From the NCBI GenBank assembly GCA_049515295.1, contig JBEKUF010000001.1, positions 3,625 to 67,624 on the forward strand: a stretch of DNA of 64,000 nucleotides. Direction: 5' to 3'. Below, piece after piece: positions 31,079 to 41,210 of this stretch. How positions within the stretch are numbered: position 1 is the stretch's first letter; the number at the start of each line of letters is the position of its first letter. The position numbers were made by a program, and so were the translations under genes. The DNA is from Verrucomicrobiia bacterium. GTDB taxonomy: Bacteria; Verrucomicrobiota; Verrucomicrobiia; Palsa-1439. Below the pieces are notes generated by a model. It did no database searches. It had not been told where the DNA came from and saw nothing but the letters and a program-made list of their open reading frames with translations.

Positions 31079-32120
31079 GGCGACACGATTCCACACACCC
31101 ACCGTGCGGGTCAACAACGGAGTGCGTGCCGCGTTTCACCGCCACCTGCGGCGCTGGTATCGGTGCCACCACCGCCGGCTTCCCTGGCGGGCCACGCGCG
31201 AACCGTATCGCATTTGGGTCAGCGAAATCATGCTGCAGCAAACACGGGTCGAAACCGTGCGACCGTATTACACGCGCTGGTTGCGGACGTTCCCGACCCT
31301 CCAGGCGTTGGCCCGCGCCTCAGACGACCACGTGCTGAAACTGTGGGAGGGCCTGGGCTACTACTCGCGCGCGCGCAACCTGCGCCGGGCGGCCCAAGCC
31401 GTCATCCGCGAACGCGGAGGCCAACTGCCCCGCACGGTCGAGGAATTGCGCCAACTTCCAGGAATCGGCCACTACACGGCTGGCGCCATCGCCAGCATCG
31501 CCTTCGGCGAACGGGTGCCGCTCGTGGACGGAAACGTGGCCCGGGTGTTCGCTCGAATCTTCGCCATCCGTGAAAGCGTGAAATCTCCCCGCACGTTGCA
31601 GTCGCTCTGGAGACTTGCCGAAGACCTGCTCCCCGACACCGACACGGGCGAGTTCAATCAGGCATTGATGGAACTCGGCGCACTGGTGTGCACGCCCGCC
31701 AACCCGCATTGCGACCCGTGTCCCCTGCGGCGGGTCTGCGCGGCGCAGGCGAGCGGGCTCGTCCATCGATTGCCGAACCGTGGCGACAAGCCGCGAACGG
31801 TGCATCTCGTGACCCGGGCGGCATTTGTCAAACGCGGCGGCCGGATTCTGTTGCGGCGGCGTTCCCGGCAGGGTCTGCTCGCGGATTTCTGGGAACTGCC
31901 GCCAGTCGATGCGCGGCAGTTCCGCGTGGGCCGCCGAATCCACGAACTGCGGCATACGATCACCCACCGCCGAATCCTCCTCCAGGTGCACGAATGCGCT
32001 CCGATGATGAAATTCCGTTCGAACGGGCAGTGGCGATGGGTCACGCGCAAAGACTTGAAGACACTGGCACTGCCCGCGGCGCACCGGCGGGCCATCGAAC
32101 ACGTTCTATCAGCGAAGTAA
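31065..32120 (+). CDS. mutY: A/G-specific adenine DNA glycosylase
   Basis: HhH-GPD domain (…LPGIGHYTAGAIASIAFGE…), [4Fe-4S] cluster loop CxxxxxxCxxC…C (CTPANPHCDPCPLRRVC) and C-terminal NUDIX-like domain. Exact start uncertain (ATG at 31065 or 31077). Confidence 0.8.
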   Translation: MRSAMATRFHTPTVRVNNGVRAAFHRHLRRWYRCHHRRLPWRATREPYRIWVSEIMLQQTRVETVRPYYTRWLRTFPTLQALARASDDHVLKLWEGLGYYSRARNLRRAAQAVIRERGGQLPRTVEELRQLPGIGHYTAGAIASIAFGERVPLVDGNVARVFARIFAIRESVKSPRTLQSLWRLAEDLLPDTDTGEFNQALMELGALVCTPANPHCDPCPLRRVCAAQASGLVHRLPNRGDKPRTVHLVTRAAFVKRGGRILLRRRSRQGLLADFWELPPVDARQFRVGRRIHELRHTITHRRILLQVHECAPMMKFRSNGQWRWVTRKDLKTLALPAAHRRAIEHVLSAK

Positions 32121-32936
32121 TAGCACGGGGCTGTCGGTCACCCGCAAAAGCTTGACCAAGACGTCGTTCACCAGCCGATTCGAGAATTTCGCCCGCGTCC
32201 TCGGGGCCATTACGATGAGGTCGATCGGCGTTTTCTTGACGAAATCAAGCAGGTTGGGCAGTCGTTTGTCGGGTTTGGCAAACAGCAGGATGTTGGTTTG
32301 CGCAGGCCTGATCCTGGCCACTTCGCGCAGGGGATGGTCTTCGGGCGAACTCCCCGTGCGACTCGTGATCAGCGGGAACACATGGAGCATGCTGTTGAAT
32401 TTGTGAACCAACGGCAGGATTTTCAGCAACGTTTCCGCGCCGGCCGCTCCCAGTTCGGTCAACGACAGCACGTGCTTGAATCGCGGCCGCTTCCAGTCCT
32501 TGTCCTTGATCGGGCGCCCGCGAACACACAGCACGTGGCAGGACGTGCCGGCGATGATCGACTCGATGACGCTTCCGACCGACCACCAGGCCAGATTGAC
32601 CCCATCGTTGTTGGAAGCCATACAGATGAGATCGACCTTCTTGCCCAGCGCCGATTCCGCAATCGCCGCGGCGCGGTCTTTCTTGTACAGGTACATCTTG
32701 GCGATGGGCACGGCTTTCCTCAGCGGCGGCAGGTCGGGGGCGCCCACATCGAGCGCCAACATCCTCGTCAGTTTCGGAAAATCCACGAGGTTCTCCGGCC
32801 CCTTGAGCGAAGCGGGATCCATCACATGCAGCAGGTACAGCTTGCTGTGGAATGCCTGGGCCAGCGTCACCGCATACGGAATGACGGAATTCGATTCGTC
32901 GGATAGATCGCTCGGTACGAGTATTTTCTCCAGCAT
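32109..32936 (-). CDS. tandem universal stress protein (2x UspA domain)
   Basis: Two about 135-aa USP repeats, each ending with the …DLIVMG/A… ATP-binding motif. Confidence 0.7.
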   Translation of the reverse strand: MLEKILVPSDLSDESNSVIPYAVTLAQAFHSKLYLLHVMDPASLKGPENLVDFPKLTRMLALDVGAPDLPPLRKAVPIAKMYLYKKDRAAAIAESALGKKVDLICMASNNDGVNLAWWSVGSVIESIIAGTSCHVLCVRGRPIKDKDWKRPRFKHVLSLTELGAAGAETLLKILPLVHKFNSMLHVFPLITSRTGSSPEDHPLREVARIRPAQTNILLFAKPDKRLPNLLDFVKKTPIDLIVMAPRTRAKFSNRLVNDVLVKLLRVTDSPVLLLR

Positions 32937-33244
32937 CGTCGGACGCGCGTCCTTTGGTTTGCCCCCTCGCGAGGAATTCTAGGAACTCCGCGCGCTCGAT
33001 GCAACGCATTTTCCGTGCTCGGGCTCTGTTCATAACATGCGGAGTCGGTGGTGCCGGTCGCCGCACGGCGGCGTCTTGATTTAACCTTGTCGTCTGAAAG
33101 CGAGAGGAGGTATCCTGTGGTGCATGTTACTCAACAGCCGGTTATGGCAGGCTGGGCTGGGGTTCCAATCCGATTTCGCCGAGGCCGCAGACCGTTCCGT
33201 GGACGGCAACGACCCGCTGACACCAATCGATTTGACCTTTGCAC

Positions 33245-34903
33245 ATGCGCGCTAGGCCTGGACCGACGTGGGCGCAATTTGTAGCCCGCCCGCACCGCGC
33301 GCTGGCTGTCATCCTTACTCTCGCGGCTGGTTATCTCCACATTCTGGTTGTTACCCACGCCGGTGCGCTCTGGCGGGATGAGGCCGGCACGCTGGGGCTG
33401 GCCACACTTCCAGATATTGCTGATACCTGGCGGATGCTGGCACACAATGCGGACCCGATTCTGTTTCCGTTCCTGGTTCGGGTCTGGGCAGCCTGGGGTT
33501 TGGACCGTACTGATCTTGGCCTGCGAATGCTGGGTTGTGTCATTGGACTCTCTCTGATCACAGCCATTTGGTTTGGCGGCCGACGGATGCGAATCACCTG
33601 GCCGGTGCTGTCGCTGGCCTTACTGGCGACAAATTTGCCACTCGTACGCTGGGGCGATTCATTGCGACCTTATGGATTGGGTAGCGCGCTCCTGTTGTTC
33701 GTCGTGGGTTCAGTCTGGTCTTTCGTAAGTTGTCCCTCCCGCAAACGTTATTTGATAGCCGCGATTGTGGGTGTATTGAGCGCGCAATGTTTGTATCAAG
33801 ACTCTTTTCTTCTCTTGGCGACGTGTTGCAGCGGCGCGATAGTTTGCCTGCGGCGCAAACAGCGGCGGGAAGGGATCGCTGCCTTATGCATCGGGCTTCC
33901 CGCGGCACTGTCCGTTGTGCCGTACGCTCGGTTGATTGTGGAGGCCCATGTCTGGCTGGCGACGCAATCAGCCGGGTTCCATCCCTTCCTCATGTGGATT
34001 CGTTTTTTCGATGTTCTCGATTCATCGGTCAGTGAAATGCACTGGGTCTGGCTGGCGCTGCTTCTGCTCGCACTGGGAGTCGGCGGGGCGACGCTCGCGA
34101 CCGGCGGGCAAACAGCCTCGGCGGATCCGTGCGACCTGCCCGTCTTCGCCAGCTTGAATCTGATCTTCGGCATGGCCGGGCTTCTTGTTTTCCACTGGAT
34201 CGCGAAGTTTCCAATCTATCCGTGGCATTGGCTGCCGGCCCTGGTGTTTGCCGCTGTGAACATGGAAGCGGCTCTCACCCGGTGGGCGCAACGTATCCAG
34301 ACTCCCTGGCTGGTTCTGCTCTGTTTGATGTCGCTCGCGTCATTTCCCGCCGCTGTCCGCGGCGCGAAATGTGCCCACACCAACTTGGACGTCGTCGCCG
34401 CTCAACTGTCGAGGCGCGCCGAAGCGGGCGACGTGATTGTCGTTTATCCGTGGTATCTTGGCATCACGTTCGCCCGCTACTACACGGGTTCCGTGGAATG
34501 GGTAACATTGCCTCCAGTGAATGACCTGCGGTTCCACCGCTACGACCTCGTCACGCAGGACATGCTTGCCGGTAAACCGATCAAACCCGTGTTGGATCGC
34601 GTCGAACAGGCGTTGGCTTCGGGTCACCGCGTGTGGCTGGTTGGCGGCCTGCCTGGCTGGAAACCAGGAGAAACCGAGACTCCCCATCTTCCGCCTGCGC
34701 CACCGCCCAACACCCCAACCGGATCTCTTGTCGCAGATTACTCGTATGATTGCGGCCGACAGGCGGCAGACTTTCTGTCGAAACACGCCCAACACACCTG
34801 GTTACTGGAAATGCCCGTGGATCATTGCCTGATCGGATTTGAAACGGCGCCAGTTTTCGTGGTCGCGGGCTGGAAAAGTACAAAGAATGATGTAAGTCCA
34901 TGA
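33245..34903 (+). CDS. polytopic membrane protein, possible GT-C (ArnT/PMT-like) glycosyltransferase
   Basis: About 10 TM helices in the first 380 aa, then a soluble C-terminal domain. Architecture resembles the GT39/GT83 families. Call is by architecture only. Confidence 0.4.
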   Translation: MRARPGPTWAQFVARPHRALAVILTLAAGYLHILVVTHAGALWRDEAGTLGLATLPDIADTWRMLAHNADPILFPFLVRVWAAWGLDRTDLGLRMLGCVIGLSLITAIWFGGRRMRITWPVLSLALLATNLPLVRWGDSLRPYGLGSALLLFVVGSVWSFVSCPSRKRYLIAAIVGVLSAQCLYQDSFLLLATCCSGAIVCLRRKQRREGIAALCIGLPAALSVVPYARLIVEAHVWLATQSAGFHPFLMWIRFFDVLDSSVSEMHWVWLALLLLALGVGGATLATGGQTASADPCDLPVFASLNLIFGMAGLLVFHWIAKFPIYPWHWLPALVFAAVNMEAALTRWAQRIQTPWLVLLCLMSLASFPAAVRGAKCAHTNLDVVAAQLSRRAEAGDVIVVYPWYLGITFARYYTGSVEWVTLPPVNDLRFHRYDLVTQDMLAGKPIKPVLDRVEQALASGHRVWLVGGLPGWKPGETETPHLPPAPPPNTPTGSLVADYSYDCGRQAADFLSKHAQHTWLLEMPVDHCLIGFETAPVFVVAGWKSTKNDVSP

Positions 34904-34965
34904 GGAAGTTCCATGCTTCCGGACGCACACGGGCGGGCGGCAAACCGCCAGATCCGTAAACCCGG

Positions 34966-35859
34966 TCACACCAACGGCAACTGCTCGTCGCCGTCGGGCA
35001 CGGTGCAGGCGGCGATGGATGGATAACGCTCCCGCAACGCGACGGGCGCGCGGATGGCGACCGTGAGCGCCAGGCGCGCTTTCAGTTGCAGCGCATTGGA
35101 GAACGCCTTGGCGTCCTTGTGATTGTTGAATACGGCGAACGTCTTCTTCGTGCGCGCCGCGATCTTCGCGATGTGCCCGAGGAGATCGTCCAACTCCGTC
35201 GCCGAGTACAAGTAATCGTATCGTCCGCCATACGCGTCTTGTTCTTCCCGGAACCAGTTCTTCGCGTTGCGCCCATGCAGACGGAAGTAGCCGACATCCG
35301 CGGTCGCATGCGCGGTCGGCGCGATGCAATGACCCAACACGGGCTGATCGATATTGCAAAACGCGATCCGTCGCTCGCGGAGGAATGTGAACGTGTCATC
35401 CACCAGCCACGAGTCGTGTCGGACTTCGACCGCTACCGGCCACTCGGCAAACGCGTCGGCGACGGCCCGAAGCCAGTCGCGGTTTCGCGGGTCGTTGCGG
35501 AACGACCAGGGGAATTGGAACAGCAGCGCGTCGAGCCGGCCAGCTTCCCGCAACGGCTCCACACCGGTGGTGAACAGGTCGAACTCGGCTCTTGACCAAG
35601 CCGACGAACGTTCATGCGTAAACCGTTGCCATGCCTTGGCCAGGAACCGGAATCGCGGTTGCTGATCGACGGCCCGGACCCAGCTTTCCGTGGCCCGGGC
35701 GGTCGGGGGACGATAAAATGAGCTGTCGACTTCCACGCAGTCGAGGTACCGGGCAATCGTGCCGAGCCGATTCCCTGCGTTACCGCGCGGATAAACCAGG
35801 TTCTCCCAGTCGGGATAACTCCAACCCGCAGTGCCGACGAGTATGGGGCCGCTGGCCAT
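34966..35859 (-). CDS. DUF72 (YecE-like) family protein
   Basis: …GTAGWSYPDW… N-terminus and overall TIM-barrel-like DUF72 pattern. Confidence 0.65.
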   Translation of the reverse strand: MASGPILVGTAGWSYPDWENLVYPRGNAGNRLGTIARYLDCVEVDSSFYRPPTARATESWVRAVDQQPRFRFLAKAWQRFTHERSSAWSRAEFDLFTTGVEPLREAGRLDALLFQFPWSFRNDPRNRDWLRAVADAFAEWPVAVEVRHDSWLVDDTFTFLRERRIAFCNIDQPVLGHCIAPTAHATADVGYFRLHGRNAKNWFREEQDAYGGRYDYLYSATELDDLLGHIAKIAARTKKTFAVFNNHKDAKAFSNALQLKARLALTVAIRAPVALRERYPSIAACTVPDGDEQLPLV

Positions 35860-35976
35860 GGTGCGGGTTCATTGTAGCGTGCCCGGCTCGCCTGCAAAAC
35901 CTTTTTGACTTTGGAGCAGGCTACTGACACACTTTGGCACACCGACTTGACCGAGCGAGCGTTGAAGGAGGCTCGC

Positions 35977-37713
35977 GTCGCACTGATGAGTCCCAAGAAA
36001 TCAGCATCCGTTTCCGCGGCACGCCAATCGCGACAGCCAGAAGCTGAAGCGGGTCCGAAAACCAGGCTGTGGCCAGCGGCCGGGTTCCTCACTCATGTAG
36101 CCGTCGCCTTCGTGCTCGGCGCCATCGTGTTGTTCACGTACTGCAACACGTTGTACAACACGGGGTTCGCGCTGGATAACAAGTTCATCATTCTCGAAGA
36201 TCCGCGCCTGCGCGAGGCCAACCAGCACAACCTCCACCTTGTTTTTACCCAGGACTATTGGTGGCCCAAAGCCGTGAGCGGATTGTATCGCCCGTTGACA
36301 ACGTTGTCGTATCTGTTCAACTACAGCACCCTCGGCAACGGCGCCCACGCCGCCGGCTATCACTGGGTCAACTTCGTCCTGCACTGGGCCAACGCGGTAC
36401 TGGTCTACTTTGCGGTGTTGGCGCTGATGAAGCATGTTTGGCCGGCATTTTTCGTGGCGGCGTTATTCGGCACTCATCCCGTCGCCACCGAGTCGGTGGC
36501 CAACATCGTCGGACGCGCCGACTTGTTCGCCACGATGTGGGTGTTGGTTGGCTTCCTCTGTTATGCCAAGAGCGCTGCCGCCGAGAGCAAGACCGAAACG
36601 GAGACCAAACCGCTGGTTGTGGCGGGAGCAATTTCCGCGCTGCTGGTGGCGTTCATCGTGATCAGTTGGAAACACCCGACACTGCTGCCCGCCAACGTGC
36701 AAAGCGGCTTGGTTGTCTCCATGGCGCTCGTCGCGCTCGGCGTAAGCACCGTGGCGTTGGCCTGCCTCGCCGGCGGCTGGAGGAAAATGCTGCCGCTGAC
36801 GATCTTGATGCTGACGACCGCCGTCAGCGTCTTCTGCAAGGAATCGGGTGTGGTGGTGTTCGGCGTGATCATGCTCTACGACTTTTTGTACCGCCTGCGC
36901 CGCAAACAACCCAACTGGCTGGCCAACCTCGTGTCGAATTTCTCGGAGTTCGCCCTCAAAGGTTACGTGGTCCTGGTCGCGCCCGTTCTGACGATGTTCT
37001 ACGTCCGCAGCCAGGTTTTTGGGCAACTGCGCCCGCCGGAGTTGCCCTGGGTGGACAACCCGTTGGCCATGCCGGGTGTGAGCTTCCTGACCGCGCGCAT
37101 CACGGCCATCAAGGTCATTGGCAAATACTTCTGGCTGCTCCTCTGGCCGCGACAGTTGTCCTGCGACTATTCCTACAATCAAATCCCCATCGTGACCTGG
37201 CATTTCAACACGTGGGAAGACTGGAAAGCCATCGTCGCCCTGGTGTCCATCGTGATCGTGCTGCTCGTCACGATCCGCAGTTATCACCGCAACAAGCCGC
37301 TGTTCTTCTTCGTGTTCTTTTTCTTCGGCACGCTGCTGCCTTCATCCAACTTGATCCCCAATCCAACGTTTGGTGGCCAGTCGCTGTTCGACAAGATCTC
37401 GTGGTGCATCGGCAGCATCATGGCCGAACGGTTTCTGTACCTGCCATTGATCGGGTTCGCCGGCTGCGCGGTGCTGGCGGTCTATGCGATCTGTCGTCGT
37501 CTGGTTCCGCACCTGGATGTCTCACCGTGGGCGCAACGCATCTGGTTGCAGGTGGTGGCGCGTACGGCCCTGAGCTTGGTCGTGGTTGCCTACGGCGTGC
37601 GGGCCTTTAACCGGAACGAGGATTGGAAGGATGATGAAACGCTGTGGACCAAAGCTGTCGGGACACGTCTCGACGGCCTTGGTCCACAGGTCCCTTGCGT
37701 TCGCGCTCTATGA
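35977..37713 (+). CDS. TMTC-like membrane protein, N-terminal DUF1736 membrane part (upstream fragment of a frameshifted TMTC-like gene)
   Basis: AAGGAGG lies upstream of ATG 35977. Many TM helices. …FNRNEDWKDDETLW… is the DUF1736 region. The ORF ends at TGA 37711 inside an overlap with the downstream TPR ORF. Confidence 0.55.
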   Translation, partial: VALMSPKKSASVSAARQSRQPEAEAGPKTRLWPAAGFLTHVAVAFVLGAIVLFTYCNTLYNTGFALDNKFIILEDPRLREANQHNLHLVFTQDYWWPKAVSGLYRPLTTLSYLFNYSTLGNGAHAAGYHWVNFVLHWANAVLVYFAVLALMKHVWPAFFVAALFGTHPVATESVANIVGRADLFATMWVLVGFLCYAKSAAAESKTETETKPLVVAGAISALLVAFIVISWKHPTLLPANVQSGLVVSMALVALGVSTVALACLAGGWRKMLPLTILMLTTAVSVFCKESGVVVFGVIMLYDFLYRLRRKQPNWLANLVSNFSEFALKGYVVLVAPVLTMFYVRSQVFGQLRPPELPWVDNPLAMPGVSFLTARITAIKVIGKYFWLLLWPRQLSCDYSYNQIPIVTWHFNTWEDWKAIVALVSIVIVLLVTIRSYHRNKPLFFFVFFFFGTLLPSSNLIPNPTFGGQSLFDKISWCIGSIMAERFLYLPLIGFAGCAVLAVYAICRRLVPHLDVSPWAQRIWLQVVARTALSLVVVAYGVRAFNRNEDWKDDETLWTKAVGTRLDGLGPQVPCVRAL

Positions 37714-38521
37714 GAAAGATCCCGAGGGAAAGAATATCGATCGCATCATCGAAGAAGGCGAAAAAGCCCGTCAGGTGACGGACCAGACGCAGATCGTCCT
37801 GCTCCATCTCGGTGCCTACTATCGCATCAAGGGCGACACCTACGCCCAACGCGCGACCGACGGAGTCACTCTGCTGCCGTCGCCGCAAAGCATGCCGTGG
37901 TATCAGAAGTCGGTGGAAGCGCTGTCGAAAGCCGTGCCCCTCGACAAGCAATTCAATGAGGATAACCACCGGAAAGAGTTGGCGCGCGGCCGCAATCCAA
38001 ACGAAATCCCGGACATCGGCAACCACGAAATCTATTGGAATCTCGGCATCTCCTACATGCGTCTGTCGGAATACCAAAAGGCACTGGATGCCTATTTGTA
38101 CATGCGCCATCTTTCGCCCACGAATCCGGACGCGTACCTGAGCATCGCTTCCGTATATCTCGCGACCGGCCATCCCGATGAGGCCGGTATTTCGCTGCTG
38201 GAAGCTTTGTTGTTGGATGGCAGCCGCACCCAGGCGTTGCGGCTGCTGGCGGATATCTACCGGCAAATTGACAAGGAAGGTTGCGCCGTCATCATGAATC
38301 AGGGAGAACCCCGCCTGAATTTGGACTGCGCCATTGTCCGCAATCATATCTGCTCGGCCTACTACGGATTGATTCAAGCTTTCCTTGAAACCAAGGACCA
38401 GGATTTGCATCGAAGAGCGGTGGAAGCAGAGCAAAACGCCGAGCACAACTACCGTTGCCCCGCCGATGCCTTCAAAAAGCTGTTCCCCGACCAACCGACT
38501 ACTGTGAGTTCGACCAAATGA
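37586..38521 (+). CDS. TPR-repeat domain (downstream, different-frame part of the frameshifted TMTC-like gene)
   Basis: Different reading frame from the DUF1736 ORF, with a 128-nt overlap. Several TPR units (…YWNLGISYMRLSEYQKALDAYLYM…). Sequence reads continuously across a putative +1 shift near 37660. Confidence 0.5.
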   Translation: MPTACGPLTGTRIGRMMKRCGPKLSGHVSTALVHRSLAFALYEKDPEGKNIDRIIEEGEKARQVTDQTQIVLLHLGAYYRIKGDTYAQRATDGVTLLPSPQSMPWYQKSVEALSKAVPLDKQFNEDNHRKELARGRNPNEIPDIGNHEIYWNLGISYMRLSEYQKALDAYLYMRHLSPTNPDAYLSIASVYLATGHPDEAGISLLEALLLDGSRTQALRLLADIYRQIDKEGCAVIMNQGEPRLNLDCAIVRNHICSAYYGLIQAFLETKDQDLHRRAVEAEQNAEHNYRCPADAFKKLFPDQPTTVSSTK

Positions 38522-39873
38522 CCAGAATTCTCCACGGCCTGGCGGCCGCTTCGATGATCTTATCCACCGTACGCCTGATCCAGGCAGCGCCCACCAACGC
38601 GATCCCCGAGACCTTGAGACTGCAGGATTGTATTGACCTCGCCCTCCGTCAAAACCCAACCATCCTCAAAGCCAGGGAAGAAATCCGCCGCACCCACGGG
38701 ATCATTATCGAAACCCGCGCCCAGGCGATCCCACAAATCACCGCCTCGGGCAGCTATCAGCAGGTCGCCAAGAGCACGATCGACTCAATTCCAGTCCCCG
38801 GGTTCCCCAGCGTCTTTGATAACCAGGAACAACCTTGGACCGCACAAATCCAGATCTCTCAGCTTGTCTACGCCGGCGGGCGCGTCAGCGCCGCGCTTCG
38901 CGCCGCGAATTTGTCCGATCAGGTGGCCGCCTTGGGGTTCCAAAGCACCGTGGCCGATACCGTCTTGGAAGTGCGAAAGGATTTCTACCAAATCCTGCTC
39001 GACACAGCGCTGGTCGAGGTTCGCCAACAATCGGTAACGCTCCTGGAAGAACAACTTCGCGACGCACAGTCCCGATTCGATGTCGGGTCCGTTCCACGCT
39101 TCAACGTCCTGCGGGCTGAAGTCGAATTGGAAAACGCCAAACCTCCGCTCATTCGCGCCCAGAACGACCTCCGCCTTTCGAAAGAGGCACTCGTGAAAGT
39201 TCTGGCTCTCGACAGCTCGAGCCGGACCAATGCGTTCACTCCTATCAATTTCGAGGGCAAACTCGTTTATGAACACCGTGATTGGGATCTGCCGGCCGCG
39301 CTGCAACAGGCTCTTCAACTCCGACCCGAATTACAGGCGTCGGAACGCAACATCAACGTTGCCAAAGCCAACGTTCAAGTCGCCTCCTCCGGCTATAAAC
39401 CCCAGGCATCCGTGTTTGGAAATTATGGGTGGCATGACTATGCGTTCACTAACCGGCTGGAAGACACCCGTGAGGGCTGGATCTTGGGCGCCAACGTGAG
39501 TTGGGCGTTGTTCGACGGCATGCTCACGCGCGGAAAAGTCACCGAGGCCCGCGCGCAATTGCAGGAGGCCAACCTCGATTACGCCGACACGCGCCGCCAG
39601 GTGGAACTGGAAGTCCGCCAGGCGTACTCCGACTACCTGCAAACGCTTGAATTGATTGAAGCACAGAAGAAAACCGTGGAGGAAGCCGAGGAAAGCCTGC
39701 GGTTGGCGGAAGCGCGCTTCCGCGCCGGCACGGGCACGCAGCTCGATGTTCTCAGCGCCCAGACCGCGCTCACCGAAGCCCGGTCCAACGAGATCCAGGC
39801 GCTCCACGACTACAACGTCGCCATCGCCACGCTCGAACGCGTCACCGGTATGACCGTGCGTATGGCCGATTGA
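38518..39873 (+). CDS. TolC-family outer-membrane efflux channel
   Basis: Signal peptide. Two TolC repeats with coiled-coil stretches (…DLALRQNPTILKAREEIRR…, …LDYADTRRQVELEVRQAY…). ATGA overlap with the TPR ORF. Confidence 0.8.
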   Translation: MTRILHGLAAASMILSTVRLIQAAPTNAIPETLRLQDCIDLALRQNPTILKAREEIRRTHGIIIETRAQAIPQITASGSYQQVAKSTIDSIPVPGFPSVFDNQEQPWTAQIQISQLVYAGGRVSAALRAANLSDQVAALGFQSTVADTVLEVRKDFYQILLDTALVEVRQQSVTLLEEQLRDAQSRFDVGSVPRFNVLRAEVELENAKPPLIRAQNDLRLSKEALVKVLALDSSSRTNAFTPINFEGKLVYEHRDWDLPAALQQALQLRPELQASERNINVAKANVQVASSGYKPQASVFGNYGWHDYAFTNRLEDTREGWILGANVSWALFDGMLTRGKVTEARAQLQEANLDYADTRRQVELEVRQAYSDYLQTLELIEAQKKTVEEAEESLRLAEARFRAGTGTQLDVLSAQTALTEARSNEIQALHDYNVAIATLERVTGMTVRMAD

Positions 39874-39876
39874 GCC

Positions 39877-40497
39877 ATGCCATGGGAAACCTTCGCGCCG
39901 TTGCGCCAGATCCCCTTTATCACCCACGCGTTCACCCTCCGCACGAGCGACGACACCAAGGCGGATGATTTTGAAGTCCGCGCCCTGAATTCGCTCGGTT
40001 TCTCCTCCAGCCAATTTGCTTCGGCGGAACAGACACACGGAAACGGCGTGGCCGCTGTGTTCGAAACCACGGGCGAGCGCGTGCCGATGGTCGATGCGCT
40101 GGTGACGGCCACGAAAAACCTGCCGCTGGTGATTCGCTGCGCCGATTGCGCCGCGGTGTTTATCGTGGACCAACGGACTCCGGCCATCGCTCTGGTTCAC
40201 TCCGGGAAAAAAGGTACGCTCGCCAATATTGTCAGAAATACCCTGATCGTAATGACGCAACGGTTTGGCACGGACCCGCGTGATTGCCGGGCGTTAATCA
40301 GCCCGTCGATCGGCCCGTGTCACTACGAAATCGACATCTGGGGCGGTATCGAAGGGCAACTTCGCGAGGCGGGCGTGTGCGACGTCCACAATCCGCGGGT
40401 CTGCACCGCCTGCCATCTCGACCGATACTTTTCGTATCGCGCCGAGAAAGGCAGCACCGGACGGATGCTGGCCATCCTGGCATTGAAATCGCCATGA
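39877..40497 (+). CDS. pgeF: PgeF/YfiH (DUF152, laccase-domain) peptidoglycan-editing/purine nucleoside enzyme family
   Basis: …QTHGNGV… and Cys/His cluster (…IRCADCAAVF…HSGKKG…CTACH…) of the Cu-oxidase_4 family. Confidence 0.7.
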   Translation: MPWETFAPLRQIPFITHAFTLRTSDDTKADDFEVRALNSLGFSSSQFASAEQTHGNGVAAVFETTGERVPMVDALVTATKNLPLVIRCADCAAVFIVDQRTPAIALVHSGKKGTLANIVRNTLIVMTQRFGTDPRDCRALISPSIGPCHYEIDIWGGIEGQLREAGVCDVHNPRVCTACHLDRYFSYRAEKGSTGRMLAILALKSP

Positions 40498-41210
40498 GCC
40501 TGCTCGTCCCGCCCCGACGGTTCGATCCTGCCGTCCCCGAAATGATGGACCGCCGAGGGAACGACCCCGCACTGCTTCGCGCCGATCTCCATGTGCTGGG
40601 AAACTTCAACCGCTTTCTGGGCGGCCATCGCATCGCGCTGGGGTACCTGGATGAACTTTTGGAAAAGCTGCCGACGAGTCGCGTCTCGGTCTTGGACCTG
40701 GCTACTGGCGGCGCGGACGTGCCGCGAATCATCGCACAGTGGGCGCGCCAGCGGGGTGTCCGCGTCGAGATCACCGCGGTGGATGGGAATCCCGAGATTC
40801 TGCGGATTGCGCGCGAACAATGCGCTTCCTGGCCAGAGATTCGAATCGAACAGCACGACCTGCTGACGTTGCCCTACCCAGTGGCCAGCTTTGACGTCGT
40901 TCTCTGTTCGCTCACGCTGCACCACTTCTCCGCGCCCAATGTAGTTGCAATCCTGCGACGCATCCATGATATTGCGCGGGTTGGTTACATCATCAACGAT
41001 CTGCGGAGGAATCGAGTCGCGATCGGGCTGAGCAAGCTCATGGCGCGCACGGTCATCAGCAATCCCATTGCGCGTTTCGACGCCCCAGCTTCCTGTGAAC
41101 GCGCCTTCAGCGTCGCCGAACTGCGCGTGATGGCCGTGCAGGCTGGTCTGGGCAACTTTGTGATCCGCCGACACGGGTTCTTTCGCATGGCGATTGCGGG
41201 ACGCAAATGA
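40494..41210 (+). CDS. class I SAM-dependent methyltransferase
   Basis: Motif I VLDLATGGADV, motif post-I/II …ITAVDGNPEIL…, Methyltransf_11/25-like. ATGA overlap with pgeF. Confidence 0.7.
   Translation: MSLLVPPRRFDPAVPEMMDRRGNDPALLRADLHVLGNFNRFLGGHRIALGYLDELLEKLPTSRVSVLDLATGGADVPRIIAQWARQRGVRVEITAVDGNPEILRIAREQCASWPEIRIEQHDLLTLPYPVASFDVVLCSLTLHHFSAPNVVAILRRIHDIARVGYIINDLRRNRVAIGLSKLMARTVISNPIARFDAPASCERAFSVAELRVMAVQAGLGNFVIRRHGFFRMAIAGRK

Noticed and set aside
33150-33200. ggggttccaatccgatttcgcc resembling a tRNA T-arm (GGTTCGAATCC-like).
   Set aside because: No complementary T-stem, acceptor stem or anticodon arm could be built around it. Not a tRNA.
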